Of a stretch of DNA of 33,000 bases, positions 12,154-22,194 are shown piece after piece. Location of the stretch: positions 898,712 to 931,711 of the forward strand of contig RDEW01000007.1 of NCBI GenBank assembly GCA_011109175.1. Reading direction: 5' to 3'. Under the pieces are notes generated by a model. The model did not search any database, was not told the DNA's origin, and worked only from the letters and a program-made list of their open reading frames with translations. Source of the DNA: Dicyema japonicum. Lineage: Eukaryota; Animalia; Dicyemida. A program made the translations under genes and the position numbers. Within the stretch, counting starts at the first letter, position 1; each line of letters opens with the position of its first letter.

Positions 12154-14128
12154 GTGAACGCACACACTCTGAAATCAGCGCTTGTAAGCCGCAATAACAG
12201 ATTTAGCAAATGGAAGACTTTGTCCGACCAAAGACCACCGCATTCCGCGGAACATTTTTCTATCTTGAGACCTCTTTACAAGTTCAGTGATGTCAGGCAC
12301 TACCAACCAGAAAAACAGGACGTGGCATGTTATCGGCCACAACGTCCCATTAATCATCTCCTCCAGCCGGCTAATGGAACAAAAAAGCTATCATTTACCA
12401 ACAGAATGAACCAGATGAAGAGTGAGATCTAATTGCAGGTTGATGGGATCCAAAATTACAGATTTCTATGACGTGGGCTTTATGGATGTCCTCGATGCTG
12501 TCGATCACTTGTACAATCCTTGCGATGAACAGAAAATAAGGGCGATAGAATATCTCCTGGAAAGTACATACGAGGACCCCCCAATATCACACCAAATAAG
12601 GTACCCGAAATATGATTTTCAGAAATTTTGGGGGAGTTCACAGACTTTGTTATCTTCTAAGAAATCCTCAGCCCAGAATGATTTCCCTTCTGACGGATAT
12701 ACTCTTAACTATCACAACCGGGGAGGACCAGCAAGAAAACATTGTACTTTCATCGCAAATTTAAGGAAATCATCCTCCAATCGAAGTTGAATTTGATCTG
12801 TTTTGCCGAATATTTGAATAATTCGAGGCTCAACGACGATATTCGAACCAAAATACTAAAAATACTCCATAATTTGTCCGCAAATAAGGTTTCCGTTATT
12901 TCAACGTCAGAACTCCTGTGATTCATTCAATAACATTCTGATCGGACCCTTCGAAGGAATACTCTCGAATTTTGTAGGGGGAGGCAGTAACGCGGAAAAA
13001 TCTTCCTTTTCCGTTAGAATTGAAGTTTCAGACCAAATCGGGCTTATTTTAGACTGTTTCTTGTATTTTCCGTTATTTCAACCAGAAACCACCTCCGTCG
13101 TGATACTATGAACAGACTCTATTTGATGACAAGAATCTCTCTTCTTACTCTTTTACTGGAAACTCTTAGGTCTTCCGTTGAATCCGGGAATATTCCGACT
13201 TCCGTGATTTCGCGGATTTTCGATATTTTTATGGCGCTTTCTGAAGACTTTGACTCAGAAGTCTTCGAATCCGAAGTAAAGGGCGACATTTTCTGTATTT
13301 TTCCGCGTAATTCCGCAGCTTGTTCAAACGTGAGGAAAAGGAAAGGCCAATTTACGAACAATCAGTAGTTTTTGCCTTCAATATTTTAGACAAGCCATGT
13401 TCTGGCTCACAGAAGTCCACGAGACATTTTGTTTCATTTTATCGGGGAAGCCGCCGATTCATGTTATTGGTTGTGTTCTCCAAGTCTACATAAACCTAAC
13501 ACGCCTCAGTAACACGGTTTGGGGGAGATTTGATGATTCTATAGTTCTCCAAGTTTCTACAAGCAGCAGATAAGAAACAGTGACGACTACTGCTGATCAT
13601 TGTTTGCACGGAATCCCTGTGTGATGAAGTGTCATGAAAAGTCTATTTCTGCTCACAATTTTGGTCAAAAATAAAGCCAATAGAACCCTCGTTGGGCTAT
13701 TTGGCTTGAAACATCTCCTATTTTGTCTCCGAAATGTGTGGGGGTGACCAAAGTGTTGAGAATGATCAGATCTGTGGACTCGTTTTTGTCTTTGTTGGTT
13801 AAAATTTTCAAAATCTCCCAAAATTATGCCGTTGAGAGGAACTTTATTCACCGCGGCGGAATTGAAGTCCTCGTTAAGTTACGGAAAAACGAAAATCTTA
13901 CTAAGAAAGTAGATCAAGTTGGGTGACCTCAATAAAATTAGATTTTATCGTCTTTTTGGAGTAACAAAAAGTTGAAGGGGGATATTTTGTGTTCGGAATT
14001 CATCGGACGGGAGATTAAGTAAGGGATATTTATATTGGAGGGTATATCGACATAGTATGAATAAATTGGAAAGCGTTGGGAGTTACAGCAACCTGAGGAA
14101 TTCCAGGAGAGGATTCATTCTCCCGTAA
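12154..14128 (+). CDS. Divergent armadillo-repeat protein of the p120/delta-catenin/ARVCF/plakophilin family; 5' end uncertain
   Basis: Splicing 22-24 nt introns (12601-12622, 12744-12765, 12889-12910, 13918-13941, 14019-14040) gives segments collinear with delta-catenin ARM repeats: IRNFGGVHRLCYLL (IRRQGGIQLLVDLL), IRTKILKILHNLSA (IRELVTGVLWNLSS), NKANRTLVG (DRRNKDLIG), GGIEVLV...VDQILSSFW (GGIEKLV...ASQVLNSMW). Stop TAA at 14126-14128. The frame is broken around 13555-13630. Confidence 0.7.
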
Positions 14129-14199
14129 ACTGAAAATGTTGTAATTTTTTAAATCTGACGTGTGCTTTAATAAAGTTTGCAGTTTCATTTGTCTGACTG

Positions 14200-14410
14200 C
14201 CCATATGGCGACTCTGCCGAACGGAGGAAACTGAAGAAGTAGTCGGCTATGGGTGATTGTTTCTATTTCGTTCCAATCGTCTCAGAAGTCTCCGGAGCGG
14301 TTGGGAGAATGGATAAGGTCGTGGTCAGTGAAACTGGGAATGTGATTATGGGACGACTCAGAGATCTTCGTAGAAGATGGTTTTCGCAGCGCCTGGTAAT
14401 TTTGGTCCCA
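14200..14410 (+). mobile_element. CRE-like non-LTR fragment (end of RLE domain)
   Basis: AERRKLKK*SAMGDCFYFVPIVSEVSGAVG...RDLRRRWFSQRL matches K..KY.....F.P.A.ETSG..G....D.RE..W..QR of CRE endonucleases. Confidence 0.6.
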
Positions 14411-14621
14411 ATAGGATTTGACCCACCACGTGTATCTTCATATGTCAGAACTTGGGGGGTTTTATGTCTCCCGAGTCCTTCAACTTTCATATATCATAGA
14501 CAAGTCACCACCTCAACCCCCCAACCAAGTAACCACTTATAATAGCACCACTATCACGATATCCATAATACTCATACCTCCCCAAGTGAGGGACACAGAT
14601 TTTATAAAAACAATTACGCTA

Positions 14622-14808
14622 ACTAACCGTTGAAATGAGTCCAAGGAATGGCCTTAACTCCTTTTTTGAGTGATTCCCTATACACAATCCGGTTCCACAG
14701 TGAGATATCACCGCCGACGGAGTAACTCGTCAAACCAATAAGCATCATAGTGCACATAACCTTAACCAGAATCGACAACACCGAGCTTCGAACCGGTCAT
14801 GACACTGC
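14622..14808 (-). mobile_element. tRNA-derived SINE-like repeat, copy 1 (head partly deleted)
   Basis: Shares acaatccggttccacagtga with 20876-20884 and its left flank, and ctcgtcaa plus cggtcat.acactgc with the 23873-24100 copy; the minus strand has the B-box-like GGTTCGAAG. Confidence 0.6.
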
Positions 14809-15201
14809 ATCACCCCGGCTTGTCACCTGTTCACTAATATACAAGAATCGTACAAGTAAATGGCCGAGATTTCGCGGACTTCTAACAGGTAACTAATGAT
14901 TAATCATAATCAATGGAGAAAAACACATGCAGGACAGAGCAATTGTTAAACGATACTATCATACTCACGCAGAGAGGATATCAGATCATATAAAATCTAG
15001 GATGTTTTTCACTGAAGAACGTAGATTGATCAAAAAGATGATTAAAAACCCAAATTTAGTCGTTATTATTATTATTAGTTACAATAATTTAAAAATGATT
15101 TGTAGTAATTTTAACCACAAAAGAAATAAATTTTATTTTAAAATAATTTAAAAATAAAAATTTTAATATTATTTAATAACCGATAATTTGAATTCGGTTT
15201 A

Positions 15202-15451
15202 ATGGACTGTCCGGGAGATGGGAAAACTCCAAAACTGGTAAAATCGTCTCTTATTTTAGTTATTAGAAGAAAACCATTTTCTGATTCAGAGTATCAACAA
15301 TATACAAAACGAATTGTTGCCAGAAGAAGTTCAAAAGTTTACTCGGGTCATAATTATAGGCAACTCGCCCTCCTCCACGGAAATCTAATTCGGCTTGCAA
15401 AACTTGCTAATAAAAATGAGGTTTTGGTTTAATAATTTTAAGGAAAGTTAA
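15202..15451 (+). CDS. Small SSXT/SNH-domain protein (SS18-like protein 2 type), about 60 aa, 4 exons
   Basis: Introns 15238-15259 (22 nt), 15337-15359 (23 nt) and 15421-15442 (22 nt) give MDCPGDGKTPKLLLEENHFLIQSINNIQNELLPEEVQKQLALLHGNLIRLAKLANKNEES*, matching the SSXT consensus LLEEN..LI..I...QN......C..YQ..LHRNL.YLA..A. Confidence 0.8.
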
Positions 15452-16389
15452 AGCTGATTATTTCGAAGATTTTCTATACCGCGACTTTTTTAATTATAAA
15501 TTTTAATATTTATTTTTATCAAAATTTTATTATTTGTGGTTGCCTTTGTGATATTATTGATTTTCACATTAATCCAGCTGTGATAAACAAAGTTACCGAT
15601 TTCCCCTTTTTGGAAAGAGTCGAGAAGGCTTTTCCTCTATTCCGTTTAACGAATCGGAGTCTACCAGTATTGATAAAGCTAATCTACAGTGACTACCTCA
15701 TACATGGTTGGAAATTTCCGAGAAACAGATGGGGACACGAGGATGGCGTGATAAATTTTCTGGCGACTTTGGGGAGATCTCACGCCTTCTCTGCTTCTCT
15801 TGGGGTTTGTTAAATAGAAAAATTATTGATTGGCTTTTTTCATTCACTTGCAACAAGTTTTCTCTATATTCTTCTGTTTTCTAATCTTTAGTGACCCCTT
15901 TGTACCGGATGGTGGTAAGTGTCAGTGTGGGGATGGAAACTGATCATCCGCTCTTCCTGCGCCTTATTTAGCTCCACATCTTCAAGAACTGGACGTTTTT
16001 TCCCTTCCGATGGTTATAGATGGACTTGTGTGATTTTGGAAGGTCTTCTGTGACTGGGGTAACTTGATGCATTATCCATTAAACGATTAGAGAACTTCAG
16101 GTTGGACAGTGGTTGCCTATCTTGAGATGGAACGGGGGAACTATTAGATTATCTGAATCCGTGAAAAATCAAGTTCTAACTCAAGCATATCAAACACCCG
16201 CACAAAAGATTGTTATATAGTCGACGACATTGGACGTCTATCCTCCATTAAAATGAGACCACCAGAGAAAAGTAGTGGATTTCTGTCAATGGCTTCAAAT
16301 TGACAGGTCGCGGTTATGAGCGTTCTACGTGGTCAGAGGACGTTTATACGCCTAAACTTTACGCTCTCCCTTATGTACGGACGTTTTAA

Positions 16390-16985
16390 TTCAGTCATCT
16401 GCTAGAGACATGAATGATCAGTTCGTGGATGTTCCATTTTACACAGCAGTCTGCTGGTGTCACAAAGTGCTCAAATGATCTCATTGCTGAGACCAGAAAT
16501 CACTTTATTTTGTAGATGATGACTACATCAAGTGTTTCATTACAAAACTAAGCTTACGGAGGTCACATGCAATTTTCCTAACTGAAAAGAACTCAAAACC
16601 CATGCCAATTCTGAATCTGTACTTACATTTACTAAATGTGAGAGTCACCCGGAGTTGTTCAAAAGAGTTCCTGGAAATATTTACTTAATTATCATCATTT
16701 GAAAGCCAATTTTCATTATTCTCGGCATCTTTCACCTCTGATGTTATCATAGCGGATGAAAACTTGCAGCTGGAACTACTAGGAGTGCAGTCCGAATCTA
16801 CACTCAGCAAAATACCTCAAAGTGTTGATGGCCTCTGTTCATACCTTCTAGAATAGTTTCAGGCTTCAGAAAGTTTTAAACGAGGATTATGACAATGCTC
16901 GGTTCCAATTGTTTTCCTTCATGAAATCAATAAACCATCTCAGAGAACAAGACTGTCATGGCTTGACATGCCTGTTTTAAAGACA
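16390..16985 (+). mobile_element. Degenerate hAT transposase (GTF2IRD2/SPIN-like)
   Basis: DVPFYTAVCW..CHKVLK...LRPEITLF (like DVPYHTEVRWLS.GKVL), IKCFITKL, LFSASFTSDV...NLQLELL, and QLFSF..INKPSQRTRLS (like the dimerisation-domain EQLFS.M..NK...RSRL); stops and frameshifts. Confidence 0.7.
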
Positions 16986-17736
16986 AAAAAGTTAACCACA
17001 CGTTTATTTAAAAAAGGAATTTCGGTTACTCACTAACGGGTATTAAGAATGCCTCTCAGTAGTTTTCATAACCTTACCCTATTTATCACTGGGATATCGC
17101 ATCATTGGCATATGCATTGCATGCCCGATTACTCAACAAGGACCTTAAGGACCATCATCACGTTAGATGTGTTAATAGACTAAGAGTGCCGCCTGAAAAA
17201 GGAGAACCTTGCAATGTGTATACTCTTATTTAGTAATAAATCCACATAGTGACTGGGATCCGTGCACGTTAAGACCCAAGCAAGACACATCTCTCGGCTT
17301 CATGGCATGTTCGTTACGCTATCCGTTTTCTTGCCATTCCTTCGTCGAGTCATCAGAAGGCAATTGAACCCGAGATCTTGCATTTTCCCCCACGATAGTC
17401 GAGTTTAGCATGGCATGGCAAGGGAATCTTCCGACACTTCGTCTGCATGACAGCAGATGTAGTACTTTTCTGTCAACCGTTCCACCTTATCGCTATCAGT
17501 GTTCCAAAAAAATTGAAGTCTTTTCGAAGAGCAATTCCATCATTGTTTAAAAAAAACATTGAAGTCAAACGATAAGTGACAGATTTTTTCTCTCTTCAAA
17601 AAGAATATGGCAAAGAACGGTCAATACAATTTTAATGAATAGAGAATCCTCTCGGTTCAAAGTCACGATGCTTCACTTTCAACTAAGGCAGAATTTTTCA
17701 AAAATGAGCTTTGGTTAACTAATTTTAAAAATTCTT

Positions 17737-17746
17737 ATGGGCTTTT
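17737..17746. repeat. Target-site duplication of the RTE (3' side)
   Basis: atgggctttt, identical to 20724-20733. Confidence 0.9.
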
Positions 17747-20723
17747 ATTATTATTTTATTATTTAAAGCACTCCCGAGAAGTCATAAAATTAATCAAGCC
17801 TCCCTTGTGCCGTATTTCTAGCCATCCTCTCTATCAGCCTTTTCCAGGACCCTCTACTTCGTGCCAGTTCCCTTAAGGTATCTAGGTCGTCTGCGGAAGT
17901 GAGCTTCAGTCCCACAGCCGACAGGTCTCCATTCAAAATAGTTGGGAGTGTGACTCTTGGTCTTCCACGGAAACCGGCTCCCGTATGCATTAGGTAGTTT
18001 TCCATGGCGATATTCGCGGGTACTTGAGCATTTAGACGTAAGATATGTCCAAAGAGACTCCATCTTGATCTGAAGATCTCCTCGGATAGTATACCAGATT
18101 TGCACTTCGAGTAGAGGTCATTGTTTGAGATCTTCTTAGGCCACTTGATCTTGATTACTGATTTCAATTGTGTCCTGTGGAAAGCGTCAAGACGGTCCAT
18201 CTCTTGTTTAGAGATTCCCCAAGTGCCTGAATTGTAGGTCAGGACGGGGATGACAAAAGCCTTATATATTCTGAGTTTGGTGTTTAATCCCATCCTCTTC
18301 TTATGACCCCACATATTCGATACTTTCTTTAGTGCACACATTGCGAGGATTTTCCTCCGAGAAACATCTTCTGAGTCCCCGAGAAGCGAACCCACCTTCT
18401 TTTGCTTTCTCCAAGACTCGTCCGATCTTCGATCATTGCGTGTAAGTGTTGTGAACTCTGTTTTATCGGTGTTAACGGTTAAGAACCATTTCGAGAATAC
18501 GTGTGGAAGAACGTTAAGCATGTGTTGAAGTACTTGAATATCCTCAGAAACAAAGTCCAGGTCGTCCGCGTAGATTATCTCGTTATAATTGTTGCCAACC
18601 AGGGGTCTGAACTCTCTTAGTGCGGCCTCAAGGTAGACAATAAAGAGGACCGGGGATAGTGAGTCCCCCTGTGGAACTCCACGTGAGGTCGAAAAAAAGT
18701 TAGAGGTAGAGTCACCAATTTTGACGGCAAGTTGAGTGTTCCGCATGAGTAAGTGTATTATTTTGACATCGTCAGGCAGTAGAAAACTCTCCAACACTTC
18801 CATAAGTTTTCCACGGTCCACCGAGTCGAACGCACGGGACATGTCGATACCAAGTATCTCAATAGATTTTTTGTATTTTTGGCACAGGGCACAATACCAC
18901 CTGTGCCCCCATACCACGTCAGCCGTGGACCTGCCCGTCCGGAATCCACTTTGGCCGTCCGAAAGAAATATGTTCACCCTCTCCTTTATTCGGTTTAAAG
19001 CAATGAGGGATAATGTTTTTCGTATGGAGGTTAGGAGTATAATAGGTCTGAAGTTGTGAGGGGGGCCTTTACTTTTTCCCGGTTTTTGTAGTGGAATTAG
19101 CCACCCTTTTCCCAGTTCCAGTTCATCTGCACCCTCGAGAGACCGGTTGAAAATGTTAGTAATCATTTCAATTAGCTCCTCCGGGCCGTATTGTAAAAGT
19201 TCTGCAGTAATGAAGTCTGGTCCGGCAGATCTTCCGGTATTTAATTTTTTAATAGCTTGTTGAGTTTCGGATATGGTAATAGGGCTAGTTAGAGTGTACT
19301 TGTAAGACTTCCGAGATTTCATTGCTTGGTCAGCCGCGTCCTGTTTGTTGAACATAAGGTCAAAATGGGATGCCAGAACGTTTGCTTTGTTAATGGTCCC
19401 GATAACGTCGTGACCAAGGTTGTCATGGACAGTTAACGAAATTGGACAGTTTTCTCTGCTAAGAAGCCGGATTGCTTTGAACATTCTTGGTCCGTTCTTG
19501 TACTTTAATATGTCTGAGATTTTCTCCTCAGCTTCATTTTTGGCAAGGAATCTTTGTATTTGTTTGATCTTCGTTAAGACTCTCCCTCTCTGGGTGCGCA
19601 GTACTTTGATATCTTCCGGAGCGTTTGTGTTTTCCATCCGGAGTCTGAGCTCTTTCTGTGTTACAGAGAGTTGTCCGATATCCGGATTACATTGTTTGTG
19701 ACGAGATTTGGTGATGTGACCAAGCACACTAAAGGCTGTGTTTTGGATAGCAACCACTATTTCATCCCATAAGCTGTTTGTCGGCTGATTTTGGTTAATA
19801 CTGTTGATGCTATCTCTCAGAACTGCACTATAACGACATTTGGTGGATTCTTCGTAGCGTAACCTCTCAGTGTCGAAACGTACTGAGGTAAGGCCTTTGT
19901 GTTTCCCGTGTATTCCATGGATTCTTTTAAGTACTAGCCGGGCGACCACAAGTTTATGATCGCTACTTGTTTCAAGTCCACCGTAAGATCTCGAGTCCTG
20001 TAGGAGGGCCTTCTGATGTTGCTTGCAGATAATATAGTCGATCTGATTGTATATATTGACTGTGTTTCCAGATTTGCCTTTTCTGGTACCAACCCACGTG
20101 GTCCTGTGTCTTGCCGGGTGCTTGAAACAAGTGTTGCATATGAGTAGGTTGAATGCCGTGCAAAATTGTATTAATGCCTCTCCGGGGATGTTACGGCGGT
20201 TTCTACCGTGGGATCCAATACACGTTTCACCAGGTCTTGCTTTTCCGGCCCTGGCGTTCCAGTCCCCGGCGATAAAAAGAAAGTAAGAGGATGAAAGTGA
20301 GTTGTACACACTTGTGAGAGTAGAGTAAAACGTATCCAGTTCTTCGATATTCGTTGATACACGTGCTCCGGTTGGGGCATATACATTTATGATGGAGATC
20401 ACTGAGTTGAGTTTGTTTCCGCATTTGATTTGTAACACCGCGACACGGTCAGATACTGCCCATACTCTTGAGACACAGTGAAACAAGTGCCGATGAACAG
20501 CAAATCCGAGCCCATAGTGCCTGCAGTCTGGTGTGAGGGTCAAAAGGTAAAAATTCTGAAACAGTTCTGCAGATTGTTCGGTTATTTTCGTCTCTTGCAA
20601 ACAACAGACAGAGATGTTGTATTTACTCAGATCACGCGCCAATTGTTGTTTCTTGTAGCACTGATTGAGGCCTCGGCAGTTGAGGGATCCAAGAGTGAGG
20701 GAGAAACTGGTAAGCAATAACGA
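17747..20723 (-). mobile_element. Young RTE-clade LINE insertion with a single intact ORF, a 43-nt 3' end with (TAA)n-like tail, and a 10-bp TSD
   Basis: An identical direct repeat atgggctttt (AAAAGCCCAT on the minus strand) at 17737-17746 and 20724-20733 brackets the ORF. The minus-strand tail reads taaataataaaataataat. Confidence 0.93.
17790..20717 (-). CDS. RTE-type APE endonuclease / reverse transcriptase, 975 codons, first codon TTG
   Basis: APE motifs SLNCRGL, LQETK, YAPT, GDWNA, NQIDYI, SDHKLV. RT motifs QSGFR, DMSRAFDSV, GVPQGDSLSP, YADD. RTE-typical C-terminus RWSLFGHILR...RGRPR. No zinc knuckle and no introns. Confidence 0.95.
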   Translation of the reverse strand: MLTSFSLTLGSLNCRGLNQCYKKQQLARDLSKYNISVCCLQETKITEQSAELFQNFYLLTLTPDCRHYGLGFAVHRHLFHCVSRVWAVSDRVAVLQIKCGNKLNSVISIINVYAPTGARVSTNIEELDTFYSTLTSVYNSLSSSYFLFIAGDWNARAGKARPGETCIGSHGRNRRNIPGEALIQFCTAFNLLICNTCFKHPARHRTTWVGTRKGKSGNTVNIYNQIDYIICKQHQKALLQDSRSYGGLETSSDHKLVVARLVLKRIHGIHGKHKGLTSVRFDTERLRYEESTKCRYSAVLRDSINSINQNQPTNSLWDEIVVAIQNTAFSVLGHITKSRHKQCNPDIGQLSVTQKELRLRMENTNAPEDIKVLRTQRGRVLTKIKQIQRFLAKNEAEEKISDILKYKNGPRMFKAIRLLSRENCPISLTVHDNLGHDVIGTINKANVLASHFDLMFNKQDAADQAMKSRKSYKYTLTSPITISETQQAIKKLNTGRSAGPDFITAELLQYGPEELIEMITNIFNRSLEGADELELGKGWLIPLQKPGKSKGPPHNFRPIILLTSIRKTLSLIALNRIKERVNIFLSDGQSGFRTGRSTADVVWGHRWYCALCQKYKKSIEILGIDMSRAFDSVDRGKLMEVLESFLLPDDVKIIHLLMRNTQLAVKIGDSTSNFFSTSRGVPQGDSLSPVLFIVYLEAALREFRPLVGNNYNEIIYADDLDFVSEDIQVLQHMLNVLPHVFSKWFLTVNTDKTEFTTLTRNDRRSDESWRKQKKVGSLLGDSEDVSRRKILAMCALKKVSNMWGHKKRMGLNTKLRIYKAFVIPVLTYNSGTWGISKQEMDRLDAFHRTQLKSVIKIKWPKKISNNDLYSKCKSGILSEEIFRSRWSLFGHILRLNAQVPANIAMENYLMHTGAGFRGRPRVTLPTILNGDLSAVGLKLTSADDLDTLRELARSRGSWKRLIERMARNTAQGRLD

Positions 20724-20733
20724 ATGGGCTTTT
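20724..20733. repeat. Target-site duplication of the RTE (5' side)
   Basis: atgggctttt, identical to 17737-17746. Confidence 0.9.
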
Positions 20734-20793
20734 GATAAATTAAAAAAAGATTTAGAATGCGCAAGAAAAAACAGTTATAGTAGGAAATCGAGG

Positions 20794-20946
20794 TAATCGA
20801 ATGGGGTTCAAGAAATTCTCTTCACTTCTTTGTTTTCTTTTTCTTGGGTGTATTTCCTTTATAGACAATCCGGTTCCACAGTGAAGTTCACTGATGACGG
20901 CGTCACGGGATTCGAAACTAGCGACCCTTAGACCTCTTGCACGGCA
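20794..20946 (-). mobile_element. tRNA-derived SINE-like repeat, copy 2 (internal deletion)
   Basis: Collinear with 23873-24100 (ctcttcacttct, ccggttcc.ca.tgaa, gttcactgatgacg.cgtcac, cgggattcga, cctcttgc.cggca). The minus strand agggtcgctagtttcgaatcccg resembles a tRNA variable loop plus T-arm/B-box. Confidence 0.7.
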
Positions 20947-21049
20947 ACCTTCACACTTACTATTATTATTAACCCAAGAACACAAATAGTTAATTTAATT
21001 ACTAAATTAATTTAATGATCTCGAAGACCTCTATCAGATTTCTCATTTT

Positions 21050-22045
21050 CTCCTCGTACGCCTTCTGTGATCCAACACAACTTCTCTGTGGGCGGGGTGG
21101 TTTGGGGAATAAGAATTAGAGAGGGGTGATGTATACCCTTTTCACAAGACACGTCGTGACTGTGTATTGTTGAGAGATGCACTGCCTGCACAGGATAGCA
21201 AATCCCTTTCTATTTGTCGGATAAGGTCTTCAAGTGATGAGTGTACTATTTTTTCCAGTTTCCCGAGATACTAGTTGTAGTGACTGTTAAGGCCTGAATG
21301 TCCCGGATTCTTTGTTTGTTCGTCCAGGACAGATTGATTCCCCATGACGTACAGACATAGCTGAGATGGCTCAATGATTTGTTTGCAACAACAATTTCAA
21401 AGCTGGGAAAGGGTTTTAATGCTACCGAAAATAGTTTTGATTATCCCTAGCTTTCTTGAGCAGCTTCCAGAGACAGCGTCGACGTGAGATGAAAAGGACA
21501 TGTGTGTGTCGAAGGTGATCCCCAATATTTTCAGTTTCTTCGTGAAAGGTATTTTTGTCTGGTTGATAAATATATCCACTGTCATTTGTCCAAGTCGTTT
21601 ATTTGAGGTAAATAAAGAAAAAGATTTTCAGTAGATATACAAGCCGGTTATAGTTAGCCAAATTTGAATCTTGTGAAGGTATTCTTGTAGTCTTTCTGAT
21701 GCCATAAGGAGATCTTGATCGCGGGATCGATTAATAGGTCATCAGCATATGATAGGAGGAAATCGTCTTTATTATCTGGTTATGGTAAATTGGACATGTA
21801 TAAGTTAAATAGGCGGGTGAAAAGGGAACCTTGTGGGACACCATTAGGTAGTAATCTTGATACTGATTTGTCCCATCCATGTATACACTGGCCCTTCTTT
21901 CATTATGAAGTTAGCATCCAAAGTTTTATATTGCAGTTGACGGAACAACAATTTCCGGGTTAGGATTTTCCTTGAACAGAGTCGAAGCTTTTGTAAATCA
22001 TCGAGCAAACGACTTTTTGAGTGCGAGATTTGTGGTAAAGCCTTA
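21050..22045 (-). mobile_element. Degenerate Jockey/I-group-like LINE RT region
   Basis: GVPQGSL...LFNLYMSNLP, LSYADDL, KLKILGITFDTHMSFSSHV and IIEP.LSYVCTSWG..L in order; stops and frameshifts. The upstream boundary is approximate. Confidence 0.75.
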
Positions 22046-22194
22046 ATGATAAATTGGTTGAGGGAAGTTAGGTGGGTAGAAGTTGTCATTGAAAATGACA
22101 ATGATGTAATGCTCATTCAATAAAAAAAATTAAGAGTCAATATGGAATTTATTATATTATTTAATATTTAACTAACGAAAAAAGTTAATGTTTA

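Noticed and set aside
17520-17550. THAP-domain AVPTIF-like motif (RAIPSLF)
   Set aside because: The upstream C2CH zinc ligands and conserved Trp were not found in frame.
17854-20720. Short alternative-frame and antisense ORFs overlapping the RTE (and similar ones over PI4KA, the catenin gene and the formin)
   Set aside because: They are shadow ORFs of real coding sequence with no recognisable motifs.
20885-20925. Hammerhead-ribozyme-like CTGATGA...GAAA on the plus strand just upstream of the RTE
   Set aside because: Stems II and III and the UH site do not form. The GAAA comes from the antisense of the SINE B-box, brought close by a deletion, and the fuller copy at 23.9 kb lacks it. It is also antisense to the RTE and outside the TSD.
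20724-20946. SINE acting as a Pol III promoter or 5' UTR of the RTE (chimeric element)
   Set aside because: The TSD places the SINE outside the insertion, and T6 and T7 runs between them on the minus strand would terminate Pol III.
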